From the IMG/VR virus record IMGVR_UViG_3300028532_000077: DNA of 13,618 nucleotides; one strand, given 5' to 3'. The notes beneath the pieces were generated by a model that was not told the DNA's origin, did no database searches, and saw only the letters and a list, made by a program, of their open reading frames with translations. The number at the start of each line of letters is the position of its first letter. Position 1 is the stretch's first letter. Origin of the DNA: a virus. Lineage: Duplodnaviria; Heunggongvirae; Uroviricota; Caudoviricetes. Of the stretch, positions 8,379 to 13,618 are shown piece after piece. The translations under genes were made by a program, and so were the position numbers.

Positions 8379-9047
8379 TTAGAATGGTATTGAATCGTAT
8401 ATTTCACTTTTTTCTCTTAGAGATATTATCAGATCGTGAAAAGCCTGTTTCTCAAGATAGATATTCTTTGAATCTAATGCTCGTTTTACAAAATCTTCTG
8501 TTTCTTCGTGCGGTGGTTTCTTCTTATCAAGGGAAAGAAGCCAAGTAAAAATTTCGGGCCGCTCAGGGAACTCTGATTCCTGTGTTTCTTCTTCAATGAT
8601 GATTTCTGAAACATTCAATATTTCATTAGATTCGTCTTCTTTCTCAGAAGGATCAGGTAGTGATGACTCTCCAGGGGGAGTAATATGTGCATCTGTGAAT
8701 GGTAATGCTTTATAGAGTGATGTTTGCCCGTCCCGAGCCTCTACAGAAAGAACTCCCATATCAACAAACATATTTATAATATTGCGAACCTGGCGATCAC
8801 TAACCATTCCAATATTAGATAATGTTTTTTGAGTGGCGTAACATTCTTGCCCTTGTTCATTGAATCCAGCTATATAGCTATAGATTTCAACGGCTGGCAG
8901 TGTAGCGGTGTATTCATTACCTGACGGTGAGAACCACTTTTTAAACATCTTCAACCACTGCTCAACGACTACATATTTTTGTTTACCATCTTTCTGATTT
9001 AGACATTTGGCTTTCGCTTCGGCAATTGTTTTGATATTTTTGATCAT
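8379..9047 (-). CDS. Winged-HTH DNA-binding protein (222 aa), candidate replication initiator or regulator
   Basis: Strong AGGAGG RBS before ATG 9047; segment YATQKTLSNIGMVSDRQVRNIINMFVDMGVLSVEARDGQTSLY has the pattern of a winged helix-turn-helix; acidic C-terminal tail (EDESNEILNVSEIIIEEETQESE). Confidence 0.75.
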   Translation of the reverse strand: MIKNIKTIAEAKAKCLNQKDGKQKYVVVEQWLKMFKKWFSPSGNEYTATLPAVEIYSYIAGFNEQGQECYATQKTLSNIGMVSDRQVRNIINMFVDMGVLSVEARDGQTSLYKALPFTDAHITPPGESSLPDPSEKEDESNEILNVSEIIIEEETQESEFPERPEIFTWLLSLDKKKPPHEETEDFVKRALDSKNIYLEKQAFHDLIISLREKSEIYDSIPF

Positions 9048-9171
9048 TTAGTTCCTCCTTTGTAAGGACTGTAATTAGTAATTCATTAACAAGTTTTGGA
9101 ATTGATTTCCCTTCTGCCTTTGCACGATTTAACAACGCGTTATAAGTTGCAGAATCAAAATTAATATTCAT
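8983..9171 (-). CDS. Ribbon-helix-helix (CopG/Arc-like) DNA-binding protein (62 aa)
   Basis: MNINFDSATYNALLNRAKAEGKSIPKLVNELLITVL fits the beta-strand then two-helix RHH pattern; GGAGAAGGAG RBS; 3' end overlaps the start of the wHTH gene by 65 nt in another frame. Confidence 0.65.
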   Translation of the reverse strand: MNINFDSATYNALLNRAKAEGKSIPKLVNELLITVLTKEELNDQKYQNNCRSESQMSKSERW

Positions 9172-9194
9172 TTGGTTTTCTCCTTCTCCTGTTA

Positions 9195-9371
9195 TTATTC
9201 TTTCTCTGCTTTACGCAGTTCATCAATAATTTTTAGTGCATCGTCAAAACATTTTTCACGCTCTGGATAACCACAGCGTCGCGCTGTGTTCCTATTCATT
9301 CTTACCCTAAAGCGGTTGATCTCACCACGTTTCCAGGCTTCAACTACATCTTGAGAAGTGAAATACTTCAC
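9195..9371 (-). CDS. Small hypothetical protein (58 aa, GTG start), first gene of the regulatory operon; not in the supplied ORF track
   Basis: GTG at 9371..9369 preceded by a perfect AGGAGG at about 8 nt; in-frame to TAA at 9197..9195; basic protein (…RFRVRMNRNTARRCGYPERE…). Confidence 0.5.
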   Translation of the reverse strand: MKYFTSQDVVEAWKRGEINRFRVRMNRNTARRCGYPEREKCFDDALKIIDELRKAEKE

Positions 9372-9494
9372 TAATTAACCTCCTATTCTATTTGGTTAAA
9401 AGAAAAAGACACCTTGCAAGCCTCTTGGGCTTCAAAGTGCGGTGCATTGGTTTAATTATTTAGAGGATAGGAATGTTTTCCTGCCCCTAATATT

Positions 9495-9523
9495 ACTTTA
9501 CCATAACTAAAGGCTTTTGTCAA
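9495..9523 (-). promoter_or_regulatory. Candidate sigma70 promoter for the leftward regulatory operon
   Basis: On the minus strand: TTGACA (9523..9518), 17-bp spacer, TAAAGT (9500..9495); about 120 nt upstream of the GTG at 9371. Confidence 0.4.
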
Positions 9524-9787
9524 CCCCCACCCATAAAATATTGATCATTTTTCAGTATGTTATGATTTTGCTTAGCAATTCGTGCTCTTCTGTGTGATGC
9601 TATTCTTCCTTATTCTCTAAAACGCGTTCTAACGAGGTTTTGATAAAAACAATACATTCCCTTATGTAATGACAGTTTAGCTCGCCTACGGCTTGATTTA
9701 AGCGGTAGAAACTTATTTAACCTTCAACTACTAAAACCATTCTTTTTTGTTTGTTGTTGGTTGTTGTCTGTGTCTATGTGCTAACAT

Positions 9788-10060
9788 CGCTAACGCGTAG
9801 CACACAAGGTTATTGCACTCGTCAGAGTATTGCACAATAGATTTTCTCTTAAATAGATTGATGATCGTTAGATTGGCGTAAGCCTCATCAATGGAACTAT
9901 TGAAGCGCACAGCGCATAGACACTAACAACCATTCGCTTACGCTCAGGTTATTGCACAAGTAAATTTCAATCGTTAGATGGTAGTTAGTTAATTATCGTT
10001 CTGCGCACAGCGCAAGACTATTTAGCCTTACGCAAGCCGTAGGCTATTTGCACATAGTAG
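9788..10060. repeat. Modular imperfect tandem duplication (about 100-bp period) with recurring short motifs
   Basis: TCGTTAGAT at 9865 and 9971; GCGCACAGCGCA at 9905 and 10003; GGTTATTGCAC at 9808 and 9947 with variants at 9827 and 10043; GCTAACGC at 9788. Confidence 0.6.
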
Positions 10061-10200
10061 ATTACATATTCGTTGTGAGCGGCATTAGCGAACATAGATC
10101 TACTAACTAACATCAACAAACAAAAACTATGTGTTATGACAAGCAGTCTAACGACTAACACTCTAACTTGTGCAAGGTTCTGGCGAATGCCAATAGATTA

Positions 10201-10235
10201 AGGGATAGTCGTTAGACTCCCTAACGGGTATCCCT
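10201..10235. repeat. Nested perfect inverted repeat (stem-loop)
   Basis: AGGGATA gt CGTTAG actcc CTAACG gg TATCCCT: outer 7-bp and inner 6-bp perfect stems; followed by about 60 bp of AT-rich DNA (10236-10295). Confidence 0.6.
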
Positions 10236-10295
10236 ATAATTATTCTTATAAAGATAAAAAAGAATTATATTATATAGTTTAATTGTAGTATTGTC

Positions 10296-10394
10296 GGAAA
10301 TCATTTCCTAGGTGATAGGAACTCATTTCCTAGGTAGGTAGGAAACCACTTCCACGGTTATTTCCTAAATAGATCGGAACTCATTTCCCAGGTG
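10296..10394. repeat. Iteron-like array: four 19-bp direct repeats, each with internal dyad symmetry
   Basis: GGAAATCATTTCCTAGGTG (10296), GGAACTCATTTCCTAGGTA (10318), GGAAACCACTTCCACGGTT (10341), GGAACTCATTTCCCAGGTG (10376); spacing 22, 23 and 35 bp; each copy contains GGAA-N5-TTCC. Confidence 0.7.
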
Positions 10395-10860
10395 TTATTT
10401 ATACTTATCGGGTATCAGACTTGATAGGGGTAGCTCACAGTGACCTACCGTTACATCCAATCATCACATAACATCTGTGCAATGATCTTCTAAAAGTGTT
10501 TCTTGCTACCAAAATTAAACATCTAAAACAGGCTTAAATTCAATGTAATTGATGATTAATCCCTGTGTAATTCCTACGTAAAAATCCAATGAAAAGTAGC
10601 TTAAAAAGTGCAATGTTAGCTTTCTTCACTTTTGCGTCATCATCAGCAAAGCCTTATGTTATGCGGCATATAGCGCATCACTGCAAAATTGTTGCTCAAT
10701 AAACGTTCTATCATTTGTCGAACAAGTTCTTTCACGTGTTGAAAATTTATGTTTAAATTTGCTTTCAATCTTTAATGTGCAATCACTATCAACATAAAAA
10801 TAAAAAACCTTCTATTATATTTCATAGCATACAAAAGTCAATAGAAGCCCTCTCGTGCTC

Positions 10861-11244
10861 CTACGTAAAAAATCCACCACTTTTCCCCTTATACATCAAC
10901 TCAAGGCGTTCTATGTGTTCCTTAGTGCATATTACGATTATTATGTTAAATGGATTTTGGACTATATTTTGACCTGCACCCGCATAAACACTGGTTTCAT
11001 CGCTTACAGCCCTTGTGAGACGTGGTGCTGTTTCTAGCATCTGATCCGACATAAAACCGATCATTCTCGTGTTTAGTGAAAGTTTAGTGAGATACATTAC
11101 AGAAAGGCTTTCTGTGTAATGATTTAATAGGTAAAAACGATGTTGATTACGCAAGAAAATTCCTTGCTGATATTTGGGGATTCTGGATTTTCCAGATCGG
11201 GGGGCGGTGAAAATCGCGTTAAGCACTTCTCGCAATCTAGCCAT
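10861..11244 (-). CDS. Questionable ORF (127 aa)
   Basis: Open frame only; no purine-rich RBS before the ATG (CCCTTCCC context); translation has no recognisable features. Listed because nothing else occupies this interval. Confidence 0.2.
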   Translation of the reverse strand: MARLREVLNAIFTAPRSGKSRIPKYQQGIFLRNQHRFYLLNHYTESLSVMYLTKLSLNTRMIGFMSDQMLETAPRLTRAVSDETSVYAGAGQNIVQNPFNIIIVICTKEHIERLELMYKGKSGGFFT

Positions 11245-11260
11245 AAGGGAAGGGATAAAG

Positions 11261-11300
11261 GTATTTAGATGTATTTATAGCTATTTATGGCTATTTATTT
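11261..11300. repeat. Four tandem 10-bp AT-rich repeats (helical phasing)
   Basis: GTATTTAGAT / GTATTTATAG / CTATTTATGG / CTATTTATTT in exact 10-bp register. Confidence 0.5.
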
Positions 11301-11460
11301 TTTATTTACCTTAATTTAAAAATAGCCTTATAAATCAATAAGATACAGGACTATCTGTTTATATTTTGATCAATTAAATCAAGTTTAATACCCTTAAACC
11401 ACCTGAAAATAACCTTAAATACCCCAATAATTAATTTTAACGATTCCTGTGCTCTCTCCT

Positions 11461-11531
11461 ACTTTGCAAAAAGGCAAAAAAGCCCATAGAGGCACAAAAA
11501 TATTAAAACCAATAACTCAATAATGCCTCTA
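11461..11531 (-). terminator. Putative terminator downstream of the 183-aa gene
   Basis: Perfect 8-bp inverted repeat TAGAGGCA (11487-11494) / TGCCTCTA (11524-11531); on the minus strand the hairpin is followed by a U-rich tract (GGGCUUUUUUGCCUUUUUGC). The 29-nt loop is long, so only moderate support. Confidence 0.35.
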
Positions 11532-11549
11532 CAAGAGCTTCTCTAACTG

Positions 11550-12101
11550 TTATTTTTGATTGAGCTTACATCGATCCCATTGTTCTGTCGTTCTTGTGAT
11601 ACGATCGCTTATTGCAAAATTTAATAGCCAAGAATCATAAGCATAAACCTTGCTTTTATCATCTGCCATCATAAACTTGCCGTTAGCATTCAGTTTTGGC
11701 GATATCAAATATGTTCCATTTAATCTGTTAGCCTTGAAGCTATCTGCATATAAAGTTACTTGTGCGTATCCCTGAACACGTAATGCCCCTAAACGTCCGT
11801 TTTCGATTGATGCAATAGAGTATTGGCAAAGATAATTTTTGGCAGCAGGAGTCGTTTTCACTCCTTCAGTTTTTCGTGAATTATTTGATTGCGAGCTTCG
11901 AATAGAGGATGAAGGATAAGAGTATGAATGATTTTTATAAGATGAAGGGGCATAAGAGCCAATCCGGCACGTCTTACCAACAGCTATACACGAGTTACCA
12001 CAAGGTATTCCTTTTTTGCAGTTTTTAGCAACTGCGGTAGAAGTTCCCCCTACAAACAACGTTGTAAAAATCATCATCCTCACAAATGCAGACCTGCGCA
12101 T
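11550..12101 (-). CDS. Secreted Cys-motif protein of unknown function (183 aa)
   Basis: Strong GGGAGG RBS 5 nt before ATG; N-terminal signal peptide (MRRSAFVRMMIFTTLFVGGTSTAVA, Ala-x-Ala cleavage context); mature N-terminus C-KKGIP-C-GNS-C-IAVGKT-C has four spaced cysteines; then a Ser/Tyr-rich linker. Confidence 0.8.
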   Translation of the reverse strand: MRRSAFVRMMIFTTLFVGGTSTAVAKNCKKGIPCGNSCIAVGKTCRIGSYAPSSYKNHSYSYPSSSIRSSQSNNSRKTEGVKTTPAAKNYLCQYSIASIENGRLGALRVQGYAQVTLYADSFKANRLNGTYLISPKLNANGKFMMADDKSKVYAYDSWLLNFAISDRITRTTEQWDRCKLNQK

Positions 12102-12390
12102 ATAACCTCCCTTTTTAGATTATTCTTATGCTATACACTTGCTTAAAAAAATAAAAGTGCCCTCTAACCTTTATCGTTCTCCATCACAATTTGAGAAGTA
12201 AGAGCAGCAACCTCAAGCGATGATCACGTTTGCGCCGATTTCAGAGAAAAAGACAGTAACTGAACTCACTATGAAGGCTAAACGTATCTTTACACTTGAT
12301 GAAAACGTTCAAAAAACAACCTAACCCCAAAATTCAACAAATAACAACATATTGTTTTTAAAAGAAAATTAAATCTACATCAAATATTGG

Positions 12391-12419
12391 TTGACGTAGA
12401 TTGAGGTGAATAGTAGACT
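12391..12419 (+). promoter_or_regulatory. Candidate sigma70 promoter for the small plus-strand ORF
   Basis: TTGACG (12391-12396), 17-bp spacer, TAGACT (12414-12419). Confidence 0.35.
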
Positions 12420-12495
12420 ATTAGGGTAAATTGCCATTATTGCAACATCATTTAATGCATGTTCTAATCCTCCTATCCCAAAACCGGAGGAAGTT

Positions 12496-12654
12496 ATGCA
12501 TTTACTTTCAAAACATCTTCACACTATTCACTTTCTCGTTATTGATGTATTCATTGTGGCTATTAGTTACCGCATTTGCATCGCTTCCAGTGAAGAGATG
12601 GACGCTGTTGCAATTATTGCTCAAGCAATGGCGATGTTAACTAAACGACTTTAA
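12496..12654 (+). CDS. Small protein (52 aa) with a hydrophobic core
   Basis: ATG 12496 has GGAGG 5 nt upstream; encodes MHLLSKHLHTIHFLVIDVFIVAISYRICIASSEEMDAVAIIAQAMAMLTKRL; the SD can pair with TCCTCC 13 nt upstream (12468-12473). This frame differs from the 12431..12640 ORF in the supplied track. Confidence 0.4.
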   Translation: MHLLSKHLHTIHFLVIDVFIVAISYRICIASSEEMDAVAIIAQAMAMLTKRL

Positions 12655-12668
12655 TAATTTCACTATCA

Positions 12669-12710
12669 GGCGCATAAACACATCTTTGATCGCTGGATGT
12701 GTTATGCGCC
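12669..12710. terminator. Strong hairpin between convergent small genes (candidate bidirectional terminator)
   Basis: GGCGCATAAACACATC (12669-12684) pairs with GATGTGTTATGCGCC (12696-12710): about 15 bp with one bulge and an 11-nt loop. No long T-run on either side, so termination efficiency is uncertain. Confidence 0.5.
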
Positions 12711-12720
12711 TACTGGTGAT

Positions 12721-12873
12721 TCAATCCTTAAGCCATTTCAACTCACTAAGGAGTTTTCTTTCTTCGTTCTCTCTCTGTTTACGCTCTAGCCAGGCTTTTC
12801 CTTCTGGCGTAGACAGGAACTTACGAGCGTGAATCTTGCGGTTATTACGTTTGATAGCTGCAATGTTTTTCAT
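12721..12873 (-). CDS. Small basic protein (50 aa); not in the supplied ORF track
   Basis: ATG at 12873..12871 with AGAGG 7 nt upstream; encodes MKNIAAIKRNNRKIHARKFLSTPEGKAWLERKQRENEERKLLSELKWLKD; stop TGA at 12723..12721. Confidence 0.4.
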   Translation of the reverse strand: MKNIAAIKRNNRKIHARKFLSTPEGKAWLERKQRENEERKLLSELKWLKD

Positions 12874-13481
12874 CGTGTGCCTCTGTATTCATATGAAAAT
12901 TAACAAGTTACATACTACACAGGGAGACTACGCATAAAACACAATACAAGTAAAGATACATTTTCAAGACAATAGGAGCCATAAAGCGCCTTTGATGGGC
13001 TACCCCAAAAAATAAGCGCCGTAGGCGTATCCACTAAAAAGGGCTTTTTCACAAAAGCTATGAAGTCTTAGCAGTTCTTCTCTTATCAGGCACCCGTTGT
13101 ACTCCGGTGGACGAAACCGTGCTAGAGCTTGATTCTTTCCCGATCAAGTTAGGTTTTGAAGAGGTGGGCTTTAATCCACTATGCACTTAAAACTACTCTT
13201 CCCATCATTTAGCCTGTTTATCCTCTGCAACGTCATCTCGACGTGTAGCATCATTGGACACCGCGCCAGGTGTGGAACATCTTGCTAAGAGTTTTGGTAG
13301 AAGGTTTAGAGACGGTGGCACGTCTTCCAGCTTCAAAGGAACTTGTTACGAGGTTGAGCCTGGGAACTACTCGCCCATACGTGTTACACTACCAAAGCCC
13401 ATAACAACGTATAGGCGTTTGTAAGTGATAACAGAAGATACAATTTCTTAGAGAAGCTAAGCTAAGTTATTGATTTTCTTG

Positions 13482-13501
13482 ATGGTGCCGATAATAGGAG
13501 T
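13482..13501. repeat. attR-type direct repeat overlapping the tRNA-Thr 3' end
   Basis: Identical to 112-131. Confidence 0.8.
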
Positions 13502-13558
13502 CGAACCTACGACCTTCGCATTACGAATGCGCTGCTCTACCAACTGAGCTATGCCGGC
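13483..13558 (-). tRNA. tRNA-Thr (anticodon CGU)
   Basis: Reverse complement is GCCGGCATAGCTCAGTTGGTAGAGCAGCGCATTCGTAATGCGAAGGTCGTAGGTTCGACTCCTATTATCGGCACCA: 76-nt cloverleaf with D-stem GCTC/GAGC, anticodon loop TTCGTAA (CGT), T-stem GTAGG/CCTAT with TTCGACT loop, encoded CCA. Confidence 0.93.
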
Positions 13559-13618
13559 AAGACCATTTGCTTCAATTTTTGCGTGCTGAAATCAGGATTT
13601 CACCGGCGCTAAAGCTTA

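Larger units (their letters stand above)
112..13501. mobile_element. Integrated tRNA-Thr-associated element (satellite-like / prophage-like island), ~13.4 kb
   Basis: Bounded by identical 20-bp direct repeats, the right copy overlapping the 3' end of a tRNA-Thr gene; tyrosine integrase immediately inside the left repeat; phage-like gene content inside. Confidence 0.75.

Noticed and set aside
10296-10394. CRISPR array
   Set aside because: Only four 19-bp repeats with 3-16 bp gaps (far shorter than CRISPR spacers), the repeats are degenerate, and no cas genes are present; iterons or operators fit better.
10775-11037. ORFs 10775..10972 and 10855..11037 (+)
   Set aside because: AT-rich region, no RBS, hydrophobic low-complexity translations, overlapping each other.
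12431-12640. ORF 12431..12640 (+) from the track
   Set aside because: The alternative frame starting at ATG 12496 has a proper GGAGG RBS; this frame has none.
112-13501. Insertion sequence or transposon
   Set aside because: Ends are direct, not inverted, repeats; no transposase-like ORF; the boundary overlaps a tRNA 3' end, which is typical of integrase-mediated site-specific insertion.
1-13618. rRNA genes, large terminase, portal, primase/helicase, lysis cassette
   Set aside because: No ORF carries a Walker-A motif and none has the size or motifs expected for these; cannot be excluded without profile searches but nothing in the sequence supports calling them.

Overview
The window is dominated by a ~13.4-kb integrated mobile element at the 3' end of a tRNA-Thr(CGU) gene (13483-13558, minus strand), bounded by a perfect 20-bp direct repeat (112-131 and 13482-13501). 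A tyrosine integrase sits at the tRNA-distal end on the plus strand; almost all other genes are on the minus strand in two leftward operons. The first (6272->1626) is a compact six-ORF block whose order (small protein, ~127 aa, ~343 aa, small protein, 633-aa coiled-coil/glycine-zipper protein, 218 aa) resembles a reduced phage virion-protein module. The second (9371->7267) is a regulatory/replication-like module with a ribbon-helix-helix protein, a winged-HTH protein and three small coupled ORFs of unknown function. Two large non-coding regions (6315-7266, 9372-10860) carry recurring motifs, a modular ~100-bp tandem duplication and a four-copy dyad-symmetric iteron array beside an AT-rich tract (candidate origin). 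The right arm encodes a secreted Cys-motif protein and a convergent pair of tiny ORFs. No ORF shows a Walker-A (GxxxxGK[ST]) motif, so no terminase, helicase or primase is evident; the element looks like a non-autonomous, satellite-like island rather than a complete prophage. Only the integrase and tRNA are assigned from clear sequence signatures; every other product call is by eye from motifs and gene context and needs homology or structure searches.
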